From Octopus vulgaris (lineage: Eukaryota): a stretch of DNA of 64,000 bases. Below are positions 1 to 15,237 of this stretch, in pieces. How positions within the stretch are numbered: position 1 is the stretch's first letter; every line of letters begins with the position of its first letter. The notes below the pieces were generated by a model. That model was not told the origin of the DNA and did no database searches. It saw only the letters and a list, made by a program, of their open reading frames with translations. The stretch lies in NCBI GenBank assembly GCA_951406725.2, contig OX597814.1, positions 100,192,001-100,256,000 on the forward strand. The letters are read 5' to 3'. The position numbers and the translations under genes were made by a program.

Positions 1-225
1 CAAACTTATATTATTTTATTCTTTACCTCGTTTCATTCGTTAGACGGCTCTCATGCTGGGGTACAGACTAGAGTTACTTCCATAGAAGTACACTCATACA
101 CATTCATTCACAAGGCATTGGTTAGTTCAGTGCTTCAGTAGAAGCCATTTCGTCAAGGTGCTGCATGGCATAACTGAACCAGAAACTTACATAGTCATTT
201 AGCGAACTTTATGACCACACAGTTC
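1..225 (-). mobile_element. Degenerate copy of tRNA-derived SINE family A (internally deleted)
   Basis: Reverse complement resembles the copy at 58984-59313: 3' tail (gtttcatt...catgctggggtac) and body (caaggcattgg...gtagaag...caaggtgctgca...actgaacc). Confidence 0.6.
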
Positions 226-1562
226 TCTCTTTGCCAATTCCAATGTAATGAAAATTATAGTCTTGCAGTATCCCGTAGTTCTATTTTACAATGGCGTTTT
301 ATATATTTTAATCACAAATTCATGTAACAATTAAATATTACAAAAACACCATATGTTGTGTGTTGCAGCATAAGTAATACATTAACAAGGGGCGTTATTG
401 TTGGTGGTATTGGATCACTTATCTGACAATGCTGATGAATAAGTTTATTGTGTTTATGATAAATGTAAAAGGTTTAGTTGTTTCTTAACTAGAATACGGG
501 GATATTCAAAACTGTTATCCTATTCTAGATGATGATTTTACAATAAAAAATTGACTCAACGCAAGCCCAATATCAATTCATTGTTAAACTCTCAGATTAG
601 GTGTATTGAGAACGTAAAACGAAATACTCTAACACTTGTGCTTTTTTCAAGTACTGTAAAATAAGTGGGAAAATCTATACAAATGAAATCTATACAAATG
701 AAAAACAACTGAATGTATGGTTGTGCATTTGCTTTAATTCAAGCCTGCGTGGTCATCCCCTCACTTATTAGAAATAATTGAAGTTTCATTGCGCCAAATT
801 TGAGATTTTGTGCCTCTGTAAGAGATCGATATATCCCCTTCTTTAACACCTTCTGTATAGCAGCATGAGTTAGATGGATCATTTGATTGATAATTAAGTT
901 ATCCTGGCTACTGCAACAATAACTGAGTATCGGTTCGTATCCAGTTACTAGCATATTTGATCATATATACAGGGGAATAAATATAACAGACCAATCTCTG
1001 TCGTTCTCAAAGCGCTCTCACCACGAAAGGAATTGGGAAAACTTATGAAAATATAAGTTACAGGCGTCGTAGTGCATGAGATAAAACTTCCGACATACCA
1101 GTTACGATCGTTTCATTTCACTATTTTGCAGACTTCAACAAATATCACGATGGACTTGCTGTATAACAAATATATACATCCATATATAAATAAACAAATA
1201 AATAAATTATATTGAAAATGAATGACGCTGAAAACAAGATATACAAATATGTTCGAAGCAGGGATTAAAAAAACCAGACAGCAATCCGATAATGGTAGCT
1301 ACAGTGAGATCGATAATACTCACACATACATAAACACATATTATACAGCAATGCACTGTGTAGATTCTTTGTATGACATTTAGCTCATTGGGGGAAAACT
1401 CTCGAACACAAAATTTAGTCCGCTCACTCATAACAGGAAATATATAAAAGGAACGAACATTATCTAAAACGTACGCTGCATTGAGAGTGAAGTTGTATCA
1501 GAAACAAGGTACAATAGATGATGATGATGTTGATGATGATGATGGTGATGGTATTGTGAGAA

Positions 1563-1627
<65 letters not shown>
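1563..1627. repeat. (ATT)n microsatellite flanked by (GAT)n and (CAT)n
   Basis: Visible directly; it produces the poly-I/poly-N spurious ORFs. Confidence 0.95.
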
Positions 1628-1644
1628 CATCATCAACATCATCA

Positions 1645-1840
1645 GCAACAGAATCGTTAGCACAGTGAACAAACAGCTTAGCAGCATTTCTTTCAGCTTT
1701 ACATTCTGAGTTCAAAGTCGACTTTGCAATTCATCCTAGCCGGATAGATAAACTATATCCCAGGTTATCACTGGAACCCATGAAATTAACTCGACTATTC
1801 CCCACAAAATTTCTGTCTATTTGCCTATAGCAGAAAGAAA
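1645..1840 (+). mobile_element. Degenerate SINE family B copy
   Basis: cagaatcgttagca...cattctgagttcaaa-gtcgactttgc..ttcatcct matches the reverse complement of 29334-29562. Confidence 0.7.
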
Positions 1841-1881
<41 letters not shown>

Positions 1882-2007
1882 GAGTGTTGGAATATGTTGA
1901 ATAAAATCATGATTCTCTCTATATTTTCCCCAAAGCCAGAAACTATTCAGCACCCCATCGTATGTATGTATAAATGTATGTATGTATGTATGTATGTATG
2001 TATATAC

Positions 2008-2038
<31 letters not shown>

Positions 2039-2234
2039 CACACACAAATATATATATATACACATATATATATATACATATTTATATATATACATATATA
2101 TTTATACATATATATCTGCATATATATATATATACATATATATATACATATATATATACATATATATATATATACATATATATATATACATATATATATA
2201 CATATATAGAAATAAGCAACAAGAATGGATAGGT

Positions 2235-2317
2235 TTTTAGTACAATCGTTTCATACAAGGACAGGTTTTATTAAAGTTCAAAATTACAGCATAAACGTGT
2301 CCTATCATCAGCTAAAA
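2235..2317 (-). ncRNA. Candidate type I hammerhead ribozyme of the Penelope-like class
   Basis: Minus strand: TTTTAG-CTGATGA-T-AGGACA...TGTCCT-TGTAT-GAAAC-GATT-GTA-CTAAAA. Stem I 6 bp, stem II 6 bp with extra junction bases, minimal stem III, GUA site. Confidence 0.6.
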
Positions 2318-2403
2318 TACATGTGAGTTTCTAGACATATATACTCATGAATATATAGAACATAAACAGACAAAGTTCATTCAAGTTCTTTAAGATGATG
2401 TAC

Positions 2404-2538
2404 AGTCTTATCACAGAATTTTAAAAAAAGTCTTATACATCACAGAGAAGGTGACAATCCATAGTGCACATATGTGCACTATGGATTGGGTCACCTCTCT
2501 GTGATCTATAAGCTTTTTTAAAATTCTGTGATAAGACT
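2404..2538. repeat. Near-perfect palindrome of about 135 bp with no loop
   Basis: agtcttatcacagaatttt...atccatagtgcacat|atgtgcactatggat...aaaattctgtgataagact, centred at 2470/2471. Confidence 0.9.
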
Positions 2539-2785
2539 TACATATATACTTAATTATCTACATTCTCATGATATATATATACATATATATGTATATATAC
2601 TAAAAACCTATCCATTCATATATCACCCATATTACTGTATTGTTATCAGTATAGTTTTTTTGGTGCATATATACATATTCAAGTAAATTCTTTAAATTAA
2701 CTTGAATCTTTATTCTTTTGTATATATATATATATGTATGTATATATATATATATATATATAGTATACACACACACACACACACA

Positions 2786-2830
<45 letters not shown>

Positions 2831-2954
2831 GAGTTGTGTATATATGGGTGAATGCGCGTGACCTTCTACCACTAATTATCCTTTCTACTATATAGGCACA
2901 TGGTTTGAAATTCTGTGGGGGTTCCCCAATAACATTGTGCACAGTTTCCAACTT

Positions 2955-3078
2955 ATACTATAATTTACCGGCCATAAAAGATGAAAGGCAAATTATCTTG
3001 AACTCAGAGGGCAAAGTGCCAGAAGAAAATGCCGCTAAGCATTTTGTCTAACCCACAATTCTGCCAGCTCCCCACCCT
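2955..3078 (-). mobile_element. Degenerate SINE family B copy
   Basis: gatgaaaggcaaa...tgaactcaga...ccgctaagcattt...ttctgccagctc, as in 29334-29562. Confidence 0.65.
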
Positions 3079-4369
3079 CTGTCACTACTAATGGCAGCAA
3101 AAGTCTAACAGTAGCTACAACACTTAGCTAACAACAGTGTCTGTGCTAAAGCTGAAGTGAATTTGTAATGAGTCAACGAAGAATTCTGTGCGTGCGGCAC
3201 ACCCTACAATAAACGATATCTAGATATTCTTCAAGACATAATCTAGTCTCTCGAAAAAGGACAAGATTGATAATGAGCACGGTGGTACATTTTTCCTGAA
3301 GGAAACAAAGAACCGGATTTTTATGACGTAAATGTTTTTGATCTTTGGATCAATGTAATCTAAACACCATTACTAACCCTAACATAAACATCAATAACAA
3401 AAAGACGAAAATCATTTATTTGTCACGGAGACAAAATCATAATAATGCAATTATTATTTCAAAACGTTGAAGCTAATATTTATTTATTTCTACATAGATC
3501 ACATTATATAATGTATATATTTGTTACACATTGCTGTTCTGGTACTTTATTCCCCTTAGTTCAGCAGTATTAAATTACATAATTTACATACACATGAGAG
3601 AATGAAAATAATAAGTGTTTTTTAAAGTTACATATGGAACGGTTGGAAACCTACCAACGTGAATTATTCATTTTAATAGCAGCAGTGTTTATTTTATGTA
3701 TGATTATTTCACATTGCGCACACGTATGTGTGTGTATGTGCGTGTGTGTATTTGTGTGTGTATGCGTGTGTGTGTATGTGCTTGTGGTTGTGGATGTAGT
3801 ATTGCCTTTGTTGGTGTAGTGCTACACGTTTTATTTTGATATCATTTGAAATTTATGAAAACTGCTTTAAAACAACATAAAAGTGTAAAGAAACGCATAA
3901 AAATTGTGTCTCTTTTAACTTTTATCTAATTATATATACATGCCTAACATCAAAACACAACTTTACAATACCATAGAAGGTAATTCATTGTGGGTGGCAA
4001 TATAAATGGGTACTGGAACTCTTAAACCATTTCATTGTGTGTATGCATGCCTGTATGTATGTATGTATGTTTGTATGTACGCATGTACGTATGCACGTAT
4101 GTATGTATGTGTGTATGTACATATATATACACGTATGTATGTATGCGTGTATGTTTGCATGTATGTGTGCATGTACATATATTTACGCACGTATTTATGT
4201 ATGTACGTATGTAATGTATGGTATATATATATTCTAATCATCAGGTTGTGTTTTTAAGACTTTAAGAGAAAGAACAGGTCTCCAGAGCTCAAACGAAGAT
4301 CTTTTAGAAAAAACAAATCACAGTTTGTTAAATTGCTGTTCTTAGTTGACAAAAGCTTGCGCACCCATC

Positions 4370-4533
4370 TGGTTAACCTGGTGTGGAACATTGTCAGAAA
4401 CGGGATAAAATAATAAGCATAACCTTGCAAAAGGACGGATATATCCAACATAAATTAGTTGGACGTTCGTAGTGCATGACTACATGAGAGTGGTGGACAT
4501 GCAGAGCGTCTCAAATCATACCTAGAAGATGTG
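4370..4533 (+). mobile_element. Possible decayed LINE ORF2 C-terminal fragment (RTE-like)
   Basis: With frameshifts it reads WLTWCG/HCQKRDKIIS ... GGHAERLKSYLEDV, resembling the RL.W.GH..R ... G.....Y...L..D end of RTE-clade ORF2. Confidence 0.35.
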
Positions 4534-5098
4534 TATATGGCTTTTAGAGACCTAAACAATACTACCACACCAGAAAAATAGATAAGCTAGCAATCAGCTG
4601 ACAACAGGTTTCTCACCGTCCTCATATCCGGCATCCGGCCCCTAATATGATGTCCCAATAGTCTTAGAACACATTTGCTACTGAACCTATCTCCTGCACA
4701 TTTCAAATTATACCCAACACCCATATAATACTCCATGATGCAGGTATCTCATGCAATGTGCATCATGTTTCACGAATCACATATATGATCGTTGTCATTG
4801 CAGTGGCCATGATATCATTAGCATCCTCAACGATGAAATACGGTCACGTCCGCAGGGGGCTTAATCGCGAAGATTAATCGCAGAGCAAAGAGACAGTAGT
4901 GGCGATTGTCTCTTTTGTTGTATTCATTTAGTCGCGGTTGCTTCTTTGTTGTGTTCTTTAAGAAAAAGTCTTGTCGTCATTGGATCAACAAATGAAGAAC
5001 AAGATAAATTGGACTGAGCAATCATCCACATATGGAAGATGCAGAAAGTTATCAAAGACTTCGATGGACAAATGTATGTATTTATGCATGTATGAGTA

Positions 5099-5172
<74 letters not shown>

Positions 5173-5207
5173 AGTCTGTGTGTCTGTGTGTGCGTGTACA
5201 TATACAT

Positions 5208-5251
<44 letters not shown>

Positions 5252-5731
5252 TAAGTATATGCATATACATACATGCATATGAACACACACAGATACACAA
5301 TACGCACACACATATATGTATATATATATATACATGTGTGTGTGTGTGCACACTCATGTATACGTGCACATACTAAAGAGTCAATCTCTGAAATCACTTT
5401 CTCTATTTCATCTACAGCTTATAATCCCCAATTACGGTTACGCATATTTCTAATTATAACCATCACATACACACACACACATATATATATGTATATATAT
5501 ATATATACATATATGTGTATATATATATATATACATATATGTGTATGTGTGTGTGTGTGTATGTATGCGTGTGTATATATATATATGTATACATATATGT
5601 ATACATATACATATATATACATATATATACATATATGTATATATATGTATATATATATATATATACATATATGTATACATATATGTATATATATATATAT
5701 ATATACATATATGTATACATATATGTATACA

Positions 5732-5831
<100 letters not shown>

Positions 5832-6489
5832 TATACCTTTAGAATACAATATTTCTGATTTGTAATTTCCTAATTTCCTAATTAGTTACGGCTTTTCTGG
5901 TTTCCCAACTTCGACTTCTCGAGATTGGCGCAGAGGTTTGTACAAGTATACAAAAGCATGAATGCATGTGTGCATGGAGTTATGTGTGGACTCATGATCA
6001 ACTACGGAAGTAACTCTAGTTTGTGGTTTTCATACCCTCGTTCATGTGACCTTATTGAAAATTTGTCGAATTTGTACATCAAAACGTGAGCCTGAATATG
6101 TATAAGATTGTGCTATATAATGAATGTATATATATATAAAATGTATATGTATATATATATATATATACGTATGTATATGAGCGTAGATGCACATACAAGT
6201 ACAAACGCACAGCACAGAGAAACATATGTATTAATTATTTTGAATATGTCTGTTTCCCTTCATATTCAATCAATAAATAATACTTCACCAGATCTACAAC
6301 TATGTTATACTGTGTTATTGTTCACATTAGTAGAAAAAAAATTAACCCATGTTTCTGAAGAATAGTGGTGGAAGGCCCATATACATTAAAATATATATGC
6401 GTGTATATGTTACATATACGTATATATTATACTCGTATATTTGTTATATGTATATGCGTATACGAAAAATTATGCAAACGCACATGTAT

Positions 6490-6542
<53 letters not shown>

Positions 6543-6666
6543 TAGATATACGCGTGCAGACACACACTCGCCCAAACACTTGGCAGAATATGCAAGAGTT
6601 AGTTACAATTACCAAAATTATATGTATACACAGTCACGCGCGCACATACATGTTTGTGTGTGTGTG

Positions 6667-6708
<42 letters not shown>

Positions 6709-8417
6709 TGTGCATGTGCATTTAGTCACATGTACACTGTTAGTATGTTAACATGGCCCGTTCTTCAATTGCAGAAACTTTTTATTGCTTGTTATGCTAG
6801 CTGAAAACATTAACCATGAATGCTTCTATGTTTAGCTCTTGTTCTTGTTTATTCAACTTACCAGTTGAGACTTTACTGCATATATTTTGTTATTGTTGAG
6901 GTTTTGCTATTTAGTTTTACTAATTTTGTAAATTTTTTGTTAAATATTCTTTTTATTATAATTATTTTGTTTATTTCTTGTTCTCCTTTGTAAGCTTGAA
7001 TCTCACGTATAATATATTTAGTTCTGATGGCTAATGTTAGTGCCAGCAGTGATGGAATTTGATGTTGATGTTGTTGATGTTATTGATATTTGACTCTCTT
7101 GGGGTCTGAATTAAACTGCTCAGGATACATCGGAGGCGTTCTAGCCGCGAGCATCATACCTTTCTTAAGTCATACTATATATCTAGCCCTATATCTAGAC
7201 CTTTCTTTTTTCTCACTTCACAGTTTTCGCAGATATTCGAATAACTTTTTTATGGCGATTTAGCTGGTATTTCTCAGAAGTTGCAGAACTATTAAGAGCA
7301 GTTGTGAACAAACTGTGTCGCGGTGGATTTTCTGAATGCCACGCCCAAAGGAAAAATTTAGCTTGAATGCTTTTAATAGTACGACCCAGGTCTCATGCGA
7401 CACTCGTATCGAAAAAGCTTGCCCATGTCACTATATTATAGAGCAGTATTTCCAAACCTATTTTCTCTCAATAAATTTTCAGAAAAATGTATGTACCCAC
7501 CGGGGACTGGAGAGAAAAGCAACGTATTTATTTTATCACACTCATTTAATACAAAAGAATCTACCGGTAACTCTTTTGTCGACAATTCATAATTATATAC
7601 TTTCCTTAAAGAAACATCCACACTAGGATATTATACTAGCAGTGTACTATATATAGCAAACAGTTTTCTCACAGCACGCTTGGCTGGAGGGATTGGTTTG
7701 GTTAGGCTGAGTATAAGTGTAGTATATTTGTTGTGAAAGAAACGATTTTCACAATCTCATGTCCCACTAAAAACAAAGAAAACTTTGGATCTCACGCTCC
7801 ACCATAATTGTTCCCAGGTGGGACTTATGACCCACGTTGGAAATCACCGTTATTGAGGTTCGCTCAGTTTGATCGGTTGTTGTTGTTGTTGTTACAATTG
7901 CTGTTGACCTTCTAGTCTTTGTGTTTTTGTTGTTGTCTATCTTCAGGCCAGCCCTTGCGCATCCAATCGTCTTTCTCGCCATTCAATTTTAGCGAGAACA
8001 TTGCTTTTGAATGTATCATTTCATATATAAGCTGGAAGGGTATGATAGGAGGGATATCTCAATGCAACTTCTTCTATCGTCTTGTTATTTTAATAATGAT
8101 GTTGTGCAGTGGACCGACATTGGTATCAAGGCATAAATATTATTTCTTACTTACGTATACTTATTTTAACTTCAATATTTGTCATTTATTCCTTTACCTA
8201 ACTATATTAATCTGCATATAGACATACAAGAATATATATATATATATATATATATATACTCTCGCACAATTTAACGTTTTCATTAATACAACGCACATAC
8301 ATATATGCAAACTGCTTGCTTGATTACCATTTCTATAATTTGATAGTGAAGGGATGATGGAGCTACATTCCATGCTTAATTCTTGGATCCTTGGTGTAAT
8401 TGACTGAAGTGCTTAAA

Positions 8418-8510
8418 GAAGAAGGAGAAGAAGAAGAAGAAGAAGAAGAAGAAGAAGAAGAAGAAGAAGAAGAAGAAGAAGAAGAAGAAGAAGAAGAAGA
8501 AGAAGAAGAA
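8418..8510. repeat. (GAA)n microsatellite
   Basis: About 30 GAA units; source of the poly-E/poly-F ORFs. Confidence 0.95.
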
Positions 8511-9194
8511 TGTAACTTTGGCCTCAGTAATATTCGAACTTTGAGCGGTGAGAAGTGCAGTAAGTTGAATCAGATATTGCAACGAATTTACATTAAAAAC
8601 GCAAGCACACAAACATACACATGACCATCTGTGTATATATATATCTATGTATAGACACATACATTATTTCAAACATATGTACATTCACACATTAATACAA
8701 TAAAAATAATAATAACAAAATGCGAGCAACAAGCAATACATAATTACCACGAAAGAAATAACATTAAAGACAAAATAATTACCACAGATAGAACATTACA
8801 ATATGAAGTACTACAACAGGTGAAACAAGAAAACAAAAAAAGCATGAAGACAATCAAGCTATAAATAAGCTAAGATAAATAAATGGATAATCAGAGAAAA
8901 GTTACTGCAATAATCTAATTAGTGGAACAAAAAAATGTTAAATTTCCTGTAAATCCATCTTGTTATATTTTCTATTTTTTATTTGATGTTCTATTCAATT
9001 TTTTTTCTAAATAGATGTTTCTACAGCTTAACAAAGAACGAACACACCAATGGCTGGCTATGGTACAATTATGGTTTGTAATGAATCTAATGGCGATCGT
9101 TTTTGCAGAATCGTTAAAGCGGCGAACAGAGAAAAAGAAGGAAAAGGAAAAAAAAAACATGTCTCTGCTTTATTTTATTTGTTTCCAATCCATG

Positions 9195-9510
9195 AGGTTC
9201 TGAGTTCAAGATCAGGCAGAATTCAATAAAGTTTTTCTTTTTAATCATTCCATGCTTGATAAAATTGAAGTACCACTCAAGTGATTTTATCGATTAACAC
9301 TCTCTTTTCAAAACTGACGAACTTGTGTCTCAGTTCTATATATTATTGTCATTACGAACCTTTACGTTCAGAGTTCAAATACTGCCAAAAAGAACTTTAC
9401 CATTCTTCCTTTCGCAGTTGATAAAATAATGTGACAATCCAGCATTGATGCTGATTTCATCAGCTATTCCTCTAAACCAAATTCTAGACCTTGTGTCTAG
9501 GTCAGAAAGA
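9195..9510 (+). mobile_element. Two adjacent degenerate SINE family B fragments
   Basis: gttctgagttcaa... (9198) and acgttcagagttcaaat... (9364), each followed by ...ttgataaaat and cttgtgtct. Confidence 0.5.
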
Positions 9511-9558
9511 ATGAAATATGTTATTGGTGACGGGGAGCGGCAAAAAGTAGGTAGAGGG

Positions 9559-9591
<33 letters not shown>

Positions 9592-10364
9592 CAACGACGA
9601 GGACGGAGATTATCTTCAGCAGCAGCAGCATAATTATTCTAATGGTGGATGCGCCGTTAACAATAGCGATAAGAAAGATTTATTAAGTGGACAGCAAAAC
9701 CCAAACGAATGTTTTTCTACCATGGGTAATATTAAGAATTATAGAATACATACAATAAGTATAATTTTAACTTCTATAAAATTTCTTCGTGCTTATACAA
9801 AATGATGAAATTAATATTCATTTTCAGAAGAAATATATCTATTTCCTTAACTTAACATGTATGTGTAATACAATACGTTTCAAATAGATGACTCGCGATC
9901 TTATCCCACCATTTTCATTGTTTTTCGAATAATTTTTCTAATATGATATGCTTTAATTTCTTCTAGGATACGTTTATAATTTATTGCCTCCCCTCTTCTG
10001 TCTATCTCTCTACCTATCACCTTCTACCCCTATTATCTCTCTCTTTCCCTCCCCCTCTCTCTCCCCTCTACCCATCACTCATCCTCCTATTCTCTCTTTC
10101 CATTCCTTGCGCTTAGAATTATAACTGTTATTTCTATCATATGTTTTAATGCTTTATTATACTGTTGTGAAAAGTTACGCTCTTACTCCCTCTCATTCTC
10201 TTTCACAGACTCTCTACATCCCCCGCTATCTCACTCACTGACCTTCCTTATCTTGCCATTCTCTCTCCCTCTATTAGATGTTAAGCATGACCAGAGAAAT
10301 CAACCAACCATCAGACCAGTCAGCAAAAGAAACATCTTTCTACCTCTTATTCGTTATCTACGCA

Positions 10365-10428
<64 letters not shown>

Positions 10429-10478
10429 TATTATGTATGTATTTATGTATGCACGTATATATATGTATATATATACAT

Positions 10479-10525
<47 letters not shown>

Positions 10526-10562
10526 TATTATGTATGTATTTATGTATGCATGTATATATATG

Positions 10563-10616
<54 letters not shown>

Positions 10617-10670
10617 TATATATACATAAAATCATCGCAGATTATACATCTATATATATATATATTAATA

Positions 10671-10712
<42 letters not shown>

Positions 10713-13434
10713 TATATACATAGTTATGCATACACACACACCCCTATATATACTTTTGGGTTTTTGTTAATAGCATTATGCAATTCTTGTATTACATACG
10801 TTACATGCCGAATTATTTTAGTACATTCTTTTATCTCAATGTATATTTTTGTGTTCTCCTTGTGGCAAAATACAGAATAAAAGTCAATGTCAAAAGCGTT
10901 ATGTAGATGTCCACAATACAAAAGATGGGGAAATTCGAGTATGACATTCCGATTACTATCAGCACGATGATATGACTATACGCAAATAAGAATGATTCTG
11001 ATACAATATAGTAACAAACAAATAAATACATAAATATATATTAAGTCACTAAATAAATAAATATATGAGAAGGATATGTATTCATATATATGTGACAGAT
11101 CTTTCCGTGTGATACGTTATGTATGACAAAAGCTATCCATGTTGTTTGCTAGTATGAGCTATGTTATTGAAGATGAACACTTCTTTCGATATATCTATTT
11201 GCGTTATGATAAATAATAACAAGAATATTACCGGATATTTGTTCAGCAGTGGTAAATTTGCTATGATGGGAAATATCAGCTGAGGTACATTGAAGTTTTG
11301 ATCTATCTGTTTATCTCTTTGAATGTCTATCCTTCTATTTATTTTTATTTCTATAGTTTTTGTATTTTTAGATATACATATATGAGTCTCAGCTCCTATC
11401 TGTGCGTCAATCAATCAACAATCAAGTAACTCTACATGTAATAATATAATGTAGAGATTGTTAGTGAGATGACTAATGTGGTATAGATATGTGTTTCTCT
11501 CTTAAACTCTTGGTATAAACATGCATATACATTTACGCATACATGCACATATATATATACATATATTCATAATTACACACGCACATACACACACATATAC
11601 ACACACACACAAAGACATACATATATGTGTGTGTGTGTCACTGTGTGTGTACATGATTGCGTATATATGTGTATATACACATATATGCATGCATATAACA
11701 CACATTTATGCATATTTTCTGCGGTATGTTTTTGGCAATGTATGAAGATAATACAACCTCATTTAAAGTTTAGATCCAAGGATCTAATGACAAAAATGTA
11801 TACCTTAACCAAGTAAACCACGAATGTGAGAAAATATTTCATATCACAAACTCATTAGTAAATATTCTATAATTTTCCAGCATTTGCCATATTGTTCATT
11901 AAATATGACTAACTAGCACAGTTTAATTTTTCGTAAAACAGTCACTGTGTTTCCTCAAGAAGTGTTTACTTGAACCTGCTAGATTAGTAACAACATATTC
12001 CTAAAAATAAAAATAAGAATGCTTTATAAAGAAAATATGTGCTAGAGAACACAATGCCAGATAACATGAAAGGTATAGCTGGAACGAAATTGGTGACACG
12101 GCTGTTCCAACAGGAATAGCCTAGAACTACACAACAAAAAAATGCATTTATTGGTTAAAATTTCACTTAGTTTATGAATCTCCAATAATATTCCTGCAGA
12201 ATACATCAACGTTTTTGGGTTCTATACTTTGTTTTATATTAATTCAGTTTATGTTGTTGCAAGTATTTAGCTATAACTATAAAGCACCCCTGAGATATTG
12301 TTCTTCTTGTCATTATGTGCGATTGACTGATGGACTTCTAAGATAATTAAAGAGCATGCTCCAAATTTGTACAAAAAATAAGTAAGATTTCGAATTGTGT
12401 TTTGGCCAACCTATGGAATGAAATCGTAGATATATAAGATTAAATCAAAGATATAATCGAAATAGCATAATGAAATAATGTTTTAGGAAAAATAATCCAT
12501 GCATTAAATCAGAAATAAATATATTCATTGAATATGAAATTTCTACTTCGCCTGTTCATATATAATTCAGTCCTCAGATAAATGAAAATTCCAGTGTGTT
12601 ATCATCCCTTGTAGGAAATTAACTAATTTAAAATTATTTCTCTTTGATGAAGGTCGGAAACACGAAACGTCATATTGTCACTCACTAATTGCAATTTATT
12701 CAATGTTTTCTCTGCACAAATTCAGACATATGCAGGTTTCACTGGATTGTGAATTTTAACTTATGAAGTACATAGAACCTGTTGAACAAAGCGTAAATTA
12801 TAGCAATTAAGTAGCTGAAAAACGAAATATAGAGACATATGAAGAGATAACTGATTGAGAAAACGAAATCTCGATGAGGAATAGAGAATTTCAGAGGTAA
12901 AAATTGGTGGAAAAGGGTAAACAGAGGAAGAAAAGAGAGAAAGAGAGAGGAGACATGACAGACATGAAAGACAAGGAGTTAGTGAACAGAGAAGGATAGA
13001 AATTAGCAAAGAGATATCAAAGAAAGAAACGAAGTATCGGTTGATAGTTTCGTACCAATTAAATATGAGAATGCATATCTGATTTTATATGGATGATAGT
13101 AAGTGATATAATTAATCTGATCGGTAATGGTCATGAATACCAAAACATTCGTGCTTTGATTGCATCAATTAATTACATTGTTAATTCAAAATGTTGTCAG
13201 TCATGTTTATTATAATTATCAACATAAGCGTCACTTGATATTATGACTGGTAACATGTTTCATAACATGATTTTTGACTATCGAAAATGTTACTTAAAAC
13301 ACTAAAATTTATTTATTTATTTATTTGTTTATTTATTTATTTATTTATTTATATTTCCTAATGTTACTATCTATAAATCTTACTGTTAACATTAATATGC
13401 AGTGGCATTACTACAACAACAAATGCTGCTGCTG

Positions 13435-13435
<1 letters not shown>

Positions 13436-13499
<64 letters not shown>

Positions 13500-13500
13500 G
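13436..13500. repeat. (TAC)n microsatellite
   Basis: Visible directly. Confidence 0.95.
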
Positions 13501-13835
13501 CTACTGCTGCTGTTGCTGCTACCACTGCTTACAGATTTTTTAACTTCTCATTTTAACTAGAAGTAATTTAACACTGGATTGCGAATTTCTGCTTCAACAG
13601 AACAGAACAAGTGACATTGCTTATTAATACAATCGTCATTAGCGAATACCCACCGGAATAAAACGCTAATCCTGTACAACTGAGTTTCTCTCAAAAATGT
13701 GTGTGTTTGAGTGGGTATGTATGTATGTATGTATGTATGTATGTATGTATGTATGTATGTATGTATGTATCATGTATGTATACATGTATATATATGTGCG
13801 TATATATATATATGTATGTATATATGCATATACTT

Positions 13836-13896
<61 letters not shown>

Positions 13897-14131
13897 TGTA
13901 TATATATACACAGAACTGTACATAAACATAAATGTACATATTTACATATAGAAATATATATATATATATTAAATATATATGTCTGTGTGTGTTTAGATAT
14001 ATATGTATATATATATATATGTTTATATATTATATATATTATATACATTATATATATATGCATATATACGTATATGTGTGTGTATGTATATATCTTTATA
14101 TATATATATAGAGAGAGAGAGACAGATAGAC

Positions 14132-14186
<55 letters not shown>

Positions 14187-14488
14187 GAGAGAGAAGTATA
14201 ATAATTATCATTATCAAACTGAGGAATCTTAACTTTTATCTGTCATTATGAAACCATTCAATTGCCTCTGTATAGCTACATCACAAGCTAAAGGATATTT
14301 CCACTTTGAGTGTCGGAATTTTTCAACCTATAATAAGTTTGTAGACTTGTTTATTACATTTTATAACTGTAAAATATTAAAATAGTACTCTGCCTTGACG
14401 GTTGCTCTAGTTCTTAGAACAGGTCTCTTAAAATCTTTTCATAAGCCAAATTCGCATCTTTCTCCCATTCTAGTTACCTCTTTGTGCA

Positions 14489-14528
<40 letters not shown>

Positions 14529-15204
14529 CACACACACATAATATATACAAGCACACACATGTATGTATGTATTTAAATGTATATAAAACGTATGTGCATA
14601 TATTTATGGATATGTTCAAATATACACATATACACCAGAGCACCCCTAGCAAGGAGATATGTGCAGTTCTATCTTTCCTGGTGATACGCTATCACTGTGA
14701 TTCTAACGTTGCATTGTATAAGTTATTAGTAGTTAATTATATTACCCCAAAGCTAATTGCATATATGATAGTTACAAAACGCTAGCACGTACACAGGTTT
14801 ATACACAAATATATATTCACATACATAAACGTATATGCGTATAACTTATATGTGGGTGAGGGATCCAAACAAGCAGAAAAGCTATATAGAAAACCAATCT
14901 AATGGAGGGAGGCGAGAATGTGAGTTGAGGTGAGTAAAATTAAGTATCCCATCTAATACAGTTTCCTAAACGCCTACAATTGGAATCGACTGAAGACCCT
15001 AACTTAAGGAGGTGTGACATCATTGACGTCTCTCCATATTTTACTCAGTGAAATGGATACTGAAACATGTATATGAATACATGAATACACACACACACAC
15101 ACAAATCCATATATATATATATATATGCACTTACATATAAATATGTATGCGGTTATATATATATATATATGAGTATGTTTGTGTGTGCGATATGTATATA
15201 TATG

Positions 15205-15237
<33 letters not shown>

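Noticed and set aside
739-954. 71-aa non-repetitive ORF
   Set aside because: No recognisable homology or splice context; it may be a decayed element fragment but cannot be assigned.
14930-15070. Short complementary blocks with CTGAAGA and GAAACATGTA
   Set aside because: The blocks are not nested and no consistent hammerhead stems can be drawn.
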